Source: a bacterium
GTDB taxonomy: Bacteria; Patescibacteriota; Minisyncoccia; UBA6257; UBA9933
Length of the DNA stretch: 64,000 nt
Assembly (NCBI GenBank): GCA_030693235.1
Contig: JAUYBE010000016.1
Span: forward strand, 35,917-99,916
Direction: 5' to 3'
In this document: positions 18,970 to 29,365 of the stretch, piece by piece
Layout of the letters: every line of letters begins with the position of its first letter
How positions within the stretch are numbered: the first letter of the stretch is position 1
The notes under the pieces: model-generated
The model's database searches: none
What the model saw: only the letters and a program-made list of their open reading frames with translations
What the model was told of the DNA's origin: nothing
Translations under genes and position numbers: made by a program

Positions 18970-19992
18970 CTATAAGCGCGGCGTCCTCCCTAAAATATTT
19001 TTTATTATTCTTATTCCCAAATCACAAAATTTTTTACCAAATATTATCAAAAATAGCACGTACATATAATAATAGGGGGTGATATTAAAACCCAATTTAT
19101 TAAGCCCGCGCGCATATTCCAAAAAAACCGCAAGCCCCTCTTCTCTATGAATAGATAAGCTGGGATAAGAATATTTTGATAAATCAAGCATTATTTTTCT
19201 CGTAGAATGAAATCCATGCTTCTGGTCCATAAACTTGGCAATTTTTATATAGCCGCTTAAAAAATTTAAGGAGCGCTTTAAATCTGCCCGCCTTGCGACC
19301 AACTTCCCGGTCTCCTCGTCATACATTAATTCTTTTGCCCTATAACTTTTATTTTCTACGTGACGCGTAATCGGCTCATCAAAATAAGCTGCTCTACTAT
19401 TCAAAACAAGTTCCGCAACCCAATATATTTGGATAAGCGCGGCGCCGTCAAAATAATCCACCAAATATGGCAGAATCGGCTCGCGTTTTATAGTGAAACC
19501 GGAAATAAAAACGCTTTTCCTAAAAAGCTCTTCGTATGTTTTTTCTCCCGGTTCAAAAAATTTATTTCCACTATAATACCGGAACTTTTCTGTCTTACCG
19601 TCATCATGCACCACCTCATAAGACCGAAGCACATAGGTAACTTCATCGTGCTCTTTTAGAAAAGTAATTAATTTATTGAGTTTTTCGGGAATAAACTCAT
19701 CGTCATCACCCATAAAAACGAGCCATTTCCCGCTCGCCGCCTTCACCGTCTCCTTAAGATTACCGTCATACCCAAGATTTTTTTCATTCTCGTGATAAAC
19801 TACGGAATACTTAGATTCTTTTCTAAATTGTTCTACGGTTTTTTTAATCTCTTCGCGCCGAGGACTAAAATCATCACTCACCACTACTTCTATTTCGTTT
19901 AGATTATCAGCGTCTATAGTTTTAAGCAACTGATATAATTTATCGGGACGATTATAGGCGGGAATACAAATTGATATAAATGGATTTTTCAT
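18970..19992 (-). CDS. GT2 glycosyltransferase
   Basis: SICIPAYNR, SDDFS and GDDD motifs. Confidence 0.88.
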   Translation of the reverse strand: MKNPFISICIPAYNRPDKLYQLLKTIDADNLNEIEVVVSDDFSPRREEIKKTVEQFRKESKYSVVYHENEKNLGYDGNLKETVKAASGKWLVFMGDDDEFIPEKLNKLITFLKEHDEVTYVLRSYEVVHDDGKTEKFRYYSGNKFFEPGEKTYEELFRKSVFISGFTIKREPILPYLVDYFDGAALIQIYWVAELVLNSRAAYFDEPITRHVENKSYRAKELMYDEETGKLVARRADLKRSLNFLSGYIKIAKFMDQKHGFHSTRKIMLDLSKYSYPSLSIHREEGLAVFLEYARGLNKLGFNITPYYYMYVLFLIIFGKKFCDLGIRIIKNILGRTPRL

Positions 19993-19999
19993 TAATAAT

Positions 20000-20914
20000 T
20001 TATTTGTTTACGCGCTTAGCAAAAAGCATTCCCACATACATATCTTTATATTCCCCTTGTCTCTCCGGAACATAGACGTGGGTTGGTTTTGTATAGCTGA
20101 CTGCAAACCCTGCCGCATTTAATCGCCTTTCCAAATTTTCAAACCCGTAATGATATTCTGCGATGAAAAATTCAAACCGTCGAAGAAATTCATCTTTGGT
20201 ATTCTCCAAGATGTCGTATTCCCAACCTTCACAATCTATTTTCAGTACGCCGTCACTAATATTATATTTTTCAACTATTGACTCAATAGTTATCACAGGA
20301 ACATCATGAGTAAAATCAAACTCACTCTTAATTGATGAATATGCTCCAATCACGACCTTAAAAAATGGGTCAAAAGAAATGTCCGCAAGTATAGTGCGAC
20401 CGACGCCAGCATGGATAATATCACAAACAGAATCCAGTTGATTTAATGAAATATTTTCTCGTGCTAACCCAACGCAACTCAGTACAGGTTCGATACCAAC
20501 AACCTTCTTGGCGCCAAGTGTCGCGAAATACACGGGCGTGTCGCCAAACGAGGCGCCGATATCAACTACGACTCTGTTTGATAAATCTATTCCTTTCAAA
20601 AAAACTTCGTAGCTTCCCCATCCAAAAACCTCACAAAGAGAAATTGGTTCAAAATTGCCGCAATTAAATACTAATGTTTTGCCTTTATAATTTATAGTCG
20701 CCCTCGTTCCTTCGATTTTTCCATCCGGAAAATATCTAAAAAAATCTAAATTATGAACGAACATCCCGAAGGTTTGGGTATTTACTTTAATTGAAAATCC
20801 ACTGCGAAAGCGCGCAGTCGCGCCTCTTTTCAAAATGATTGAACCCAAAATTACAGACGGCCAATTCTTCACATAAAGAATAATCTTGATGGCAACTTTC
20901 AATTTTCCAAACAT
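20000..20914 (-). CDS. FkbM-family methyltransferase
   Basis: VDIGASFGD, IEP and LKIDCEGWE motifs. Confidence 0.85.
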   Translation of the reverse strand: MFGKLKVAIKIILYVKNWPSVILGSIILKRGATARFRSGFSIKVNTQTFGMFVHNLDFFRYFPDGKIEGTRATINYKGKTLVFNCGNFEPISLCEVFGWGSYEVFLKGIDLSNRVVVDIGASFGDTPVYFATLGAKKVVGIEPVLSCVGLARENISLNQLDSVCDIIHAGVGRTILADISFDPFFKVVIGAYSSIKSEFDFTHDVPVITIESIVEKYNISDGVLKIDCEGWEYDILENTKDEFLRRFEFFIAEYHYGFENLERRLNAAGFAVSYTKPTHVYVPERQGEYKDMYVGMLFAKRVNK

Positions 20915-20941
20915 AGTAATAATTGTATATAGTTTAACGAT

Positions 20942-21085
20942 TTATTTAAAAATGCTTTTGTTTATATTTTTAATATCTGACACCATCATTATCTGAACCA
21001 ATTCTTCGAATTTTATTTCAATTTTCTCCGGCGAACACACGAATGCCGGGCCAATCACAACATATTTGTGCCAATCCAAACCCAT
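20942..21085 (-). pseudogene. Internally deleted 3' remnant of a gmd-like gene
   Basis: MGLDWHKYVVIGPAF...IKFEELVQIMMVSDI resembles the Gmd C-terminus. Confidence 0.65.
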
Positions 21086-21135
21086 TATAAAATTACAAAG
21101 TTTCTCTTTTGTCTCTTTTCCCTTATAAAACTAAG

Positions 21136-22113
21136 TTATTTCTCTTCTTCAATAATTCTGATATCTTCTCGCACCATCATTTTTATTAATTCCTCAATTT
21201 TCGTTTTAGGCTGCCAATTCAATTTATTTTTTATTTTTGAAATATCGGCAACCATCGGAATATCACCTTCTTTTCTAAAAAATTCGTCGCTGACAACGAC
21301 ATATTTTCCCCAATCAAGACCGACTTCTTTAAACGCTATATCTAAAATATCTTTTACGGAATGAATTTCACCTGTGCCAATAACATAATCGTCCGGCTTA
21401 TCGGCCTGAAGCATTAACCACATAGCTTCAACATAGTCGCCGGCGAATCCCCAGTCGCGCATTGCGTCCAAATCTCCAAGCTTTAATTCTTGCTGCAATC
21501 CTTTTTTAATTCTTGCCGCGGCTTGAATAATTTTCCGCGGAAGAAATTTGGAATCTCTGCGCGGAGATTCATGATTAAATAAAATTCCAAAACACGCGAA
21601 AATTCCGTATGCCTCCCGATACATTTCAACAAGATTACAACCGGCTGTTTTCGCAATACCATAAGGAGTTATTGGATTCTTCGGAGTATTTTCGTCCTGG
21701 GGAGAAACAGCAGGATTACCAAATACAAGACTTGAAGAAGCAAAATAAAATTTTGCTTTGGGAGTATATTCTTTTATGGCGCCAAGAATATTATGAACGC
21801 CGCTCATATTATTATGCAAAATATTAAATTCCGTATCAAAAGAAACAAGAGTGTCCACAATTGCCGCCAAGTCATATATTTCATCCGGTTTTACTTCTGC
21901 AATTACTTCGCGAATTCTTTTTGTATCCGTAATATCCCCTTGGTGCAAGATTATCTGCGGGAAAATGTGATTAATTCTAAAAAAATCTTGCAAATTATTC
22001 TCATTTGGCAATTCGAGCACAAGACCATGTACCTCATATCCTTTTTCAAGTAAAAATTCTGCCAAATAAGAACCATCTTGACCTGCTATTCCGGTTATAA
22101 GCGCTTTTTTCAT
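21136..22113 (-). CDS. gmd: GDP-mannose 4,6-dehydratase-like paralogue
   Basis: [22 protein letters not shown] and RDWGFAGDYV motifs; start MKKAL at 22113. Confidence 0.82.
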   Translation of the reverse strand: MKKALITGIAGQDGSYLAEFLLEKGYEVHGLVLELPNENNLQDFFRINHIFPQIILHQGDITDTKRIREVIAEVKPDEIYDLAAIVDTLVSFDTEFNILHNNMSGVHNILGAIKEYTPKAKFYFASSSLVFGNPAVSPQDENTPKNPITPYGIAKTAGCNLVEMYREAYGIFACFGILFNHESPRRDSKFLPRKIIQAAARIKKGLQQELKLGDLDAMRDWGFAGDYVEAMWLMLQADKPDDYVIGTGEIHSVKDILDIAFKEVGLDWGKYVVVSDEFFRKEGDIPMVADISKIKNKLNWQPKTKIEELIKMMVREDIRIIEEEK

Positions 22114-22120
22114 TATAGTA

Positions 22121-23155
22121 TTAACGAACAACTTCACCTTTTAATTCGTTTTCAACCATAATTTTGACCAGCTCTTTAAACTTCACCTTCGGCTCCCAAC
22201 CCAATTTCTCTTTCGCCTTTGAATAATCGCCTATTAAAATATCTACTTCAGCCGGTCTGAAATAGCGGGGATCAATTTCAATAATTGTTTCCCCTGTTTT
22301 GCGGTCAATTCCTTTTTCGTCTAAACCGCTGCCTTCCCAAATCAAATCAAAATCCAATAATTTGCACGCTTCTTCGACAAATTCCCTGACAGTATGATTT
22401 TCATTAGTTGCCAAAATATAATCATCTGGTTTATCTTGTTGGAGCATCAGCCACATTCCCTCAACATAATCTTTTGCGTATCCCCAATCTCTTTTGGCGT
22501 TAAGATTGCCTAAATATAATTTTTCCATTTCTCCGCGCTTGATTTTAACCAAATTACTGGTAATTTTTCTTGTCACAAAATTCTCTCCTCGACGCGGCGA
22601 TTCGTGATTAAATAAAATTCCATTAGAAGCATGCATGCCATAGCTTTCGCGATAATTTACCGCCATCCAATAAGCATAAACTTTTGCCGCGCCATAAGGA
22701 CTGCGAGGATGAAACGGCGTAGTTTCTTTTTGAGGGACTTCTTGAACCAATCCAAACATTTCAGAACTTGATGCTTGGTAAAAGCGCGTATTGGGGCTGT
22801 CATGACGAATAGCTTCTAATAGTCTAGTCGTCCCAAGAGCAGTTGTATTACCGGTAAATTCCGGAATATCAAAACTGATGCGAACATGGCTCTGCGCTCC
22901 CAAATGATATAATTCGTCCGGCCGGACATCTTTTATAATCCGATGAAGAGAACTTGAATCGGTTAAATCGCCATAATGAAGAAAAATTTTATGTTTTGCG
23001 CGATGAATATCCGGGGTTAAATGCTCAATCCTTTGCCTGTTAAAAGTGCTCGCGCGCCTGACAATGCCGTGAACATTATAGCCCTTTTCTAAAAGCAATT
23101 CTGCCAAATATGATCCGTCTTGACCGGTAATTCCGGTAATTAAAGCTTTTTTCAT
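22121..23155 (-). CDS. gmd: GDP-mannose 4,6-dehydratase
   Basis: [26 protein letters not shown] and [12 protein letters not shown] motifs. Confidence 0.95.
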   Translation of the reverse strand: MKKALITGITGQDGSYLAELLLEKGYNVHGIVRRASTFNRQRIEHLTPDIHRAKHKIFLHYGDLTDSSSLHRIIKDVRPDELYHLGAQSHVRISFDIPEFTGNTTALGTTRLLEAIRHDSPNTRFYQASSSEMFGLVQEVPQKETTPFHPRSPYGAAKVYAYWMAVNYRESYGMHASNGILFNHESPRRGENFVTRKITSNLVKIKRGEMEKLYLGNLNAKRDWGYAKDYVEGMWLMLQQDKPDDYILATNENHTVREFVEEACKLLDFDLIWEGSGLDEKGIDRKTGETIIEIDPRYFRPAEVDILIGDYSKAKEKLGWEPKVKFKELVKIMVENELKGEVVR

Positions 23156-23163
23156 GTTAAAAA

Positions 23164-24432
23164 TTAATCAACTATTTGAAATTCCGGCAAAGGAACGATA
23201 AATTTGCCTCCATTTTTTAAATATTCAGATTCTCTTTCTTTAAATTCTTTAAGAAAATGCCATGGCAAAATCAAAAAATAATCCGGTTTTTCAGCGCGCG
23301 CCTGTTCTTCTGAAATAATGGGGATGTTCGTCCCCACGGTTTTTTTGCCCCACTTGGCCGGATTTCTCTCCGCAGCAGCAGTGATAATGGTATAGTCAAG
23401 ATTAAAATATTGCAAAAGTGTATTACCCTTAGTTGAAGCGCCGTAAACATATATTTTTTTACCTTTTTCCGCTTCTCCTTTTATGAAATTGGACACTTTT
23501 CTTTTTATTTCCTCAACCCGCGCTACAAAATCATCATAAATTTTCCGGTCATTTAGTCCTAAATCAGTTTCATATTTCCTTAAGTCCTCCACTCTATTTT
23601 GGGCGCCTTCTGAAATTTTAATTGTTTTCCCACGACCAGCATGCCGAATATAAATACGGAAACTTCCTCCATTAATATCATTTAATTCAACATCAAAAAC
23701 TTCCAAACTATGTCTTTTTAAAAGATTTTCAAGCGATAAAAGCGAATAATATTCCAGATGCTCGTGACATATATTATCAAACATATTTTTAACAAGCATA
23801 GATGGCAAATACGCCATCTGGATTATAAACACTCCGTCATCATGAAGGCATTTTACCACATCGGAAACAAATTTATTGGGATCATCCAAATCATAAAACA
23901 TCGCAATCGCAGTGGTTGCCTTTGCCTTGGTGTCTCCAAATTCTTTCTGCCACGCCTCATAACCAAAAAAGTCGTTGATTATTTTCTTTGTGCCTACACT
24001 ATTATATTTTTCCAAATTTTTCGCGGGTTCAAATCCAGTCCGATTTAATCCGGGAAATTTATAACCGCGCAATAAAGTGCCATCATTTGCTCCAATATCT
24101 ATGACAAAATCTTCCGGCTCAAAAGGAATTAACGACTCAACTTTTGCCGCGATTCCATTCAATTCATCCGTCATAGTTTTATTCGTGCCTGAAATGTACC
24201 AATAACGCCTGTACATCACTTCCTCTGAAACCGTGTGCTTCAACTGCAAAAGCCCGCAACCTCCATCACGTTCATTGCAAAGGACTAATTCCAATGGAAC
24301 TTTTTCCGCCTCGCTTTTCTCGCTTTCTTCCAAAAAGTCAGAAATATATAAATCACCCAAAGAAATAATTGGAGTTAGTTTTTTAAAACCGCAAGCACGG
24401 CAATTGTTTATAATTCTTGAAATAGCGCTCAT
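23164..24432 (-). CDS. NDP-hexose C-methyltransferase
   Basis: CRAC Zn site; [31 protein letters not shown] and LPWHF motifs. Confidence 0.88.
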   Translation of the reverse strand: MSAISRIINNCRACGFKKLTPIISLGDLYISDFLEESEKSEAEKVPLELVLCNERDGGCGLLQLKHTVSEEVMYRRYWYISGTNKTMTDELNGIAAKVESLIPFEPEDFVIDIGANDGTLLRGYKFPGLNRTGFEPAKNLEKYNSVGTKKIINDFFGYEAWQKEFGDTKAKATTAIAMFYDLDDPNKFVSDVVKCLHDDGVFIIQMAYLPSMLVKNMFDNICHEHLEYYSLLSLENLLKRHSLEVFDVELNDINGGSFRIYIRHAGRGKTIKISEGAQNRVEDLRKYETDLGLNDRKIYDDFVARVEEIKRKVSNFIKGEAEKGKKIYVYGASTKGNTLLQYFNLDYTIITAAAERNPAKWGKKTVGTNIPIISEEQARAEKPDYFLILPWHFLKEFKERESEYLKNGGKFIVPLPEFQIVD

Positions 24433-24467
24433 AGTTTAAAGATAATATCAAATTTTAAAAATAATGT

Positions 24468-25529
24468 CTATTTAAAAAGCGGCTTTGAATTTTCGCCAAA
24501 AATCCATTTCCTGTGGCTGAAAAACACTTTATAAATTTTAAATAAAATTTTATTAACCCAAAGCGGCATTAAAAATAACGGCATTGCAATCCAAAATTCA
24601 GGAAAATTCCAATAATATTTAAACATTCTCCACCGTTTACCTTTTGGCGTATCCCAACCGCCAACCCAAGCTACCAGCATTCCGCGCCAAAGAGAAGCAA
24701 AATTTACAGATAAAATTTTCCGGATAGCTCCTTGGCTAAATTTGTCTTTGAATTCCATCATAATATCATAAAAATCTATGCCATAAGAACTGAATGCTAT
24801 ATTTTCTATGATATCCATTTTGACAAAACTCTTTTTAAATTCTTCTGGAGTTGTTGGGTGACATAATATATATGGACCGCGAAGAAAATAAAAATCTCCT
24901 GGCTGAGAAATTATATATAAAATAGGAACGAGCCCGGCAAAAGAAAATCCGACTATATGTTTTTTTGCAAGAGCCAAAGATGGCAACGCCCTCTCGCGTT
25001 TAACAATTTGAGTTGACGTAAGCCCGATATTGAGCCCGAGGGTATCTAGGATTTCATTCCCGTCTTTAAAAAAACCGTCAGCTCTCACAACTGCCGGATT
25101 GCCCAATTTTTGAAAATCAAAATTAGCCCACATAAATGAAATCTGGGGATATTTTTTTATTAATTCCAAAACTCGAGCAATGGCACCTGGACGCATCTCA
25201 TCGTCATCGCAAAACCACCACACATATTTACCGCGCGCGCGCTCTAATAAAAGTAAATTGGCCGCATCAACTCCAATTTTTTCACCTTTTAAATAATTGA
25301 AATTCCATTTTCTTCTCGCCTTGACCTTTTCAAAAATCTCTTGTGTGGCATAATCCGTACTATCATCTCTGATCACTAACTCTACTTCTCCTGTAATTTG
25401 TGGCGCCAACCCAAACAACAATCGCTCAAATTCTCGCGGCCTATTATATGTTGGAATACAAATACTCAACAAATAATTATTCGCGGAGGCCTTATTTAAT
25501 TTATTTTCTTTCTTATTATTCATTAACAT
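24468..25529 (-). CDS. GT2 glycosyltransferase
   Basis: SICIPTYNR, DDST and CDDD motifs. Confidence 0.85.
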   Translation of the reverse strand: MLMNNKKENKLNKASANNYLLSICIPTYNRPREFERLLFGLAPQITGEVELVIRDDSTDYATQEIFEKVKARRKWNFNYLKGEKIGVDAANLLLLERARGKYVWWFCDDDEMRPGAIARVLELIKKYPQISFMWANFDFQKLGNPAVVRADGFFKDGNEILDTLGLNIGLTSTQIVKRERALPSLALAKKHIVGFSFAGLVPILYIISQPGDFYFLRGPYILCHPTTPEEFKKSFVKMDIIENIAFSSYGIDFYDIMMEFKDKFSQGAIRKILSVNFASLWRGMLVAWVGGWDTPKGKRWRMFKYYWNFPEFWIAMPLFLMPLWVNKILFKIYKVFFSHRKWIFGENSKPLFK

Positions 25530-25533
25530 CCTT

Positions 25534-26466
25534 CTAATTAGTTTCCTGTTTTTTTATTCTTCCGATTAAAATCGCGTTCGCAAATGGAAATGGAAAATTA
25601 AACTTTACATTTTTTACTTCATCCCAAGAGGCTTCACACCAGCGATTAAATGACTTACGAAGTAGAAACCGACAGGAATAAGTGTTCAGCTTGTTTGTTT
25701 CTATATACAAATTAAGTTGAGGGTTATAACCAATGGGTACGGTAAAAAATATTTCACCTCTATCGACTAAACAATTTTTTATCAAGTTATCAATACCGAG
25801 TAAAAGTTTTCCTTGTCCGTTTGAGGATTTTCCGCCGTATTCATTTTCATCCCAACCGACATGTTCAAAAGTAGAAACGCTTATGATTATGTCATATTTT
25901 TTCTTTGGAATATAACTTACGATATCCTCATTTATAATGCCTTTTTGAACCTCGTATTTATCTAAAACATCGTAGCCGGAGCCCCCGTAACGCCACAAAA
26001 CATTTCCTACTTCCAATATATTCAGTCCTTTTATTTGTGCTTCTTTGACTACAGCTAAGGCGATTGGAACTTCCACCCTCCTTTCATTTCTCCATATATC
26101 CGGATGGCACGAATATTCAAAATAAATATCATTGAGCTTAAATCTACCGGGCCAAAAAAAACAACGAATAGACCTAAAAAAACGAGTACACACGGCCCAA
26201 ACATTTCGCCGAACTGCATTTATTGTATAAATAAGCCCGTGTTTTCTATAAACCCTTTTTGCATCACTAATAATTTTATTAGGAGCGAAGTGGATAATTA
26301 TTTTTTCTTCGCGACCATTTCTAAACCTTGTTTTAAATTCGGTGTTCCCACTTGGATGACCCAACGTAACAGAAAACCAATTTTGGGTTGATTTTATAAT
26401 GTGGGAAAAAAGTTTTACCTTGTTGAACATAAAATCTATTCTATCCTGCAAGTTACACCTCGTCAA
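25534..26466 (-). CDS. Methyltransferase-like protein (start uncertain)
   Basis: NERRVEVP, LEVGN and SVSTFEHVG motifs. Confidence 0.6.
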   Translation of the reverse strand: MTRCNLQDRIDFMFNKVKLFSHIIKSTQNWFSVTLGHPSGNTEFKTRFRNGREEKIIIHFAPNKIISDAKRVYRKHGLIYTINAVRRNVWAVCTRFFRSIRCFFWPGRFKLNDIYFEYSCHPDIWRNERRVEVPIALAVVKEAQIKGLNILEVGNVLWRYGGSGYDVLDKYEVQKGIINEDIVSYIPKKKYDIIISVSTFEHVGWDENEYGGKSSNGQGKLLLGIDNLIKNCLVDRGEIFFTVPIGYNPQLNLYIETNKLNTYSCRFLLRKSFNRWCEASWDEVKNVKFNFPFPFANAILIGRIKKQETN

Positions 26467-26491
26467 AACTATCGTCTTTGACGATAATCTC

Positions 26492-27541
26492 TTACAAAGT
26501 TTTTTCTAACATTTTTGAAAGCTGCGACTTCATGCTATACCCACTCTTCAAACAACGCTCTCTTCCGGCGGACGCGATTCTCTTTCTCTCTTCTTCGCGC
26601 TCCAAATAGTATTTCACTTTTTTAAACATTTCCTCATTTGAGCTAAAAAATTCGGCCTCTTTCCCCTCTTCAAAAAATTCCAAATGACGCTTCGTGCGCT
26701 CTCCCAGCATAAACCCGCCGCAGGCCGGTATCTCAACGCTTCTCGAGGTAACCTCATCGCGATTTATCTTTCGCAAAAAATTAAGATTGATTTTGGTAGC
26801 GGAAATTGCTTTTGCATAATCAGAGCCAAAAAGAAATTTATTTTTCACATCAAGGTTTTTGTGGCGATTAATCCACGCGTCCCAACCGCTGCCCCACACT
26901 GCGACTTTCACGCCATGCTCGGCAAGATACAAAAGCGATTCAGCTCTTTCTTTCTCAAATGCTCCGATCGCGCTCACATCGCAGGAAAACCGCGCCTTTT
27001 CTTCGTCAGTTAGTTGTATTGGCTTATGCGCGTTCTCACTATACGAATCCAAGAAAAGTTCCGTTCTCTTGGCACCGAGAGATTTCAACTCCTCGAGATT
27101 ATAAGTTTTGGTCGTAAAGACAACCTCGTAGTATTTAAGTCCCCACATGTAATGAAAAGACCTGTTGTGTTTAGCGTACATATCATCCTCCGAAACAGAA
27201 ATTAATTTTGCCTCCGACAAATGCTTTTTTATAAATTTTAGAGTCGCCGGCAGAATCGTGTTCCCTTTTTCTATCCAAACTACATCAAATTTATCTTTGA
27301 GAACTTCTTGCTTTATTTTTTTATTTACACCAACCATGTCCACCGGAATTTTTAATCGCCAAGAAATAACCTCAATTAAACTTCGATTCTTCCGTGGACT
27401 CCATGGAACCTCGGTATGAGAAATTCCAAAAACCTCGCGACCTAACCCAATTAAGGTTTCATATCTTTGAAAACCGCGCCCATACTCGTTTAGATCTCCA
27501 ACATATAGAATCTTAAGGTTTTTACTATTTTTCCGTTTCAT
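26492..27541 (-). CDS. CgeB-like glycosyltransferase
   Basis: KINLNF...SRSVEIPACGGFML motif. Confidence 0.82.
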   Translation of the reverse strand: MKRKNSKNLKILYVGDLNEYGRGFQRYETLIGLGREVFGISHTEVPWSPRKNRSLIEVISWRLKIPVDMVGVNKKIKQEVLKDKFDVVWIEKGNTILPATLKFIKKHLSEAKLISVSEDDMYAKHNRSFHYMWGLKYYEVVFTTKTYNLEELKSLGAKRTELFLDSYSENAHKPIQLTDEEKARFSCDVSAIGAFEKERAESLLYLAEHGVKVAVWGSGWDAWINRHKNLDVKNKFLFGSDYAKAISATKINLNFLRKINRDEVTSRSVEIPACGGFMLGERTKRHLEFFEEGKEAEFFSSNEEMFKKVKYYLEREEERKRIASAGRERCLKSGYSMKSQLSKMLEKTL

Positions 27542-28254
27542 CTCTTCGCTAAAACTAATAAATTTTGAGTTAAAATCCCTCTAAAAGATCCTGTCTCTGC
27601 CACCAAATAAAACCTCAAGAACAGCTCAAAAAACATCCATATCACATAACGAAAAAATGATTTTATTCCACGTATAATAGGCCGCTGCGGAAAAACTAGC
27701 ACATTCTTAAATCCCGCAATCATGAGTAATTGTCGAATTGAACTTTCGGTAAATGCTTGTTCGTGAGTAAAATCGCCATGACGAATTTTTCCCCACAACA
27801 GACTTTCTGCATTTGTAGTTTGAATAATAAACGACCCATCCTCTACCAAGCTAAGGGCAGCCTGCTTGCAAAAATTAATCGCGTCATTTTTTCCAAAATG
27901 TTCCAAAACATCGCGCGCAAAAATTGTATCATAACTATTGATATTTTTTGGAAGTTCTTTAAAAATATCGCCCTCATATATATCCGAAAATCCAGCACGC
28001 TTGCCAGCTAAAATTTGTTCGGCACTTATGTCAACTCCTCTTATTTTGTTAAATCCAACATATTTAAGCCAAAATAGAAAATCTCCGGTTCCGCAACCCG
28101 CATCTAAAATCTTTGCATTTTTATCGTTTGGCAATAATTTACCAAAATAGCTATTCCATGTGGCAAAATGCATTCTCGCATCATTCAGGGCGGTTTTACT
28201 ATACAGATTTGCCATGTGAGTAGAAACGTATTCTTTATAGAGCTCTTTATTCAT
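27538..28254 (-). CDS. Class I SAM methyltransferase
   Basis: LDAGCGTG, DVLEH and DFTH motifs. Confidence 0.85.
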   Translation of the reverse strand: MNKELYKEYVSTHMANLYSKTALNDARMHFATWNSYFGKLLPNDKNAKILDAGCGTGDFLFWLKYVGFNKIRGVDISAEQILAGKRAGFSDIYEGDIFKELPKNINSYDTIFARDVLEHFGKNDAINFCKQAALSLVEDGSFIIQTTNAESLLWGKIRHGDFTHEQAFTESSIRQLLMIAGFKNVLVFPQRPIIRGIKSFFRYVIWMFFELFLRFYLVAETGSFRGILTQNLLVLAKR

Positions 28255-28296
28255 TTAATGTTATTTATTTTTAATAAATGGATATTTCCCTAATTA

Positions 28297-29361
28297 TTAT
28301 TTTTCCCCCTTCAATAAACTAAGTAGTAGCTGTGTTCTCCTACTAAAGCTTTGCAATCCAAATACTTCTATGATTTTATGGCGTAATAATACCCTATCGT
28401 ATAACCGCTTATCAAGCATGCCGCCAAGCAATGCAATTATTGTCGCCGAAATATCTTCTATGCTATCTGGATCAACTAACATTCCAAGTTCTCCATTTAG
28501 AAGAGCTTCCTTCGCGCCCTTTTGTTTCCCTCCCACTACAGAAACCCCGCATGAGAGCGCTTCAAGTAAAACTATCGGCGGGAATCCTTCGTTTTTTGAA
28601 GGGAGAACAAAAACATTAGCGAGATTATAATAATCTACGATTTCTTCGTTGGTTGGCGCTTCTGCTAAAACTACATTTTTCTCAAGTTTTAATTCGGTAA
28701 TCAATTGTTTTACCGCGGAAATGTCGTCTCCGCTGCCAACCAAAAGATATTTTACGTTTGGTATAGCTTCCAAAACTTTGGGCATGGCTTTAATCACCCT
28801 TTGATAACCCTTATTGTCGCCATCCAACTTAGACATTCGCCCGATTGTCAAAATTATTTTTGAGCCCTTCAAACCAAAACGCGAAAGCAATTTTTCAGAT
28901 TTTTCTTTTATCTCAAATTTTTGACCATCAACGGAATTCGGCAGATTGAACAATTTCTTTTCTATCTCAGGAATCTGTCTTATTACGTTCTCTGCTGTAG
29001 CGTTAAATAAGTAAATAATTGTATCTGCCTCTCTCAGCGCGCGTTTAAAAATTTGTTTTTTTATATTGATTACCTCTATTCCATAAACAGAAACGCTATA
29101 AGAAAAATTGAGAAACCTTTTAAGATATAAGCAAATCGGGGAAAAGTGAAGGTGCGCGCATATGACAAAATCAGGACGATGCGTCGCCGCAGAGAATATC
29201 ACGCGAATAAAAAATGATGTTTTTGCTAATAATCCTCCGTGCTGTCGTTCTACCACAATCACGTCTTGTTCAAGTTCTCGGAGCGTCGCGATCAAATTGC
29301 GATTATATTTTTCAATTCCGCCAATTTGATTCACATCTGCGGCAATGTAAAGAATTTTCAT
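28297..29361 (-). CDS. GT4 glycosyltransferase
   Basis: GGIE, KGY and EGF..VLLEALSCG motifs. Confidence 0.88.
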   Translation of the reverse strand: MKILYIAADVNQIGGIEKYNRNLIATLRELEQDVIVVERQHGGLLAKTSFFIRVIFSAATHRPDFVICAHLHFSPICLYLKRFLNFSYSVSVYGIEVINIKKQIFKRALREADTIIYLFNATAENVIRQIPEIEKKLFNLPNSVDGQKFEIKEKSEKLLSRFGLKGSKIILTIGRMSKLDGDNKGYQRVIKAMPKVLEAIPNVKYLLVGSGDDISAVKQLITELKLEKNVVLAEAPTNEEIVDYYNLANVFVLPSKNEGFPPIVLLEALSCGVSVVGGKQKGAKEALLNGELGMLVDPDSIEDISATIIALLGGMLDKRLYDRVLLRHKIIEVFGLQSFSRRTQLLLSLLKGEK

Positions 29362-29365
29362 ATTT

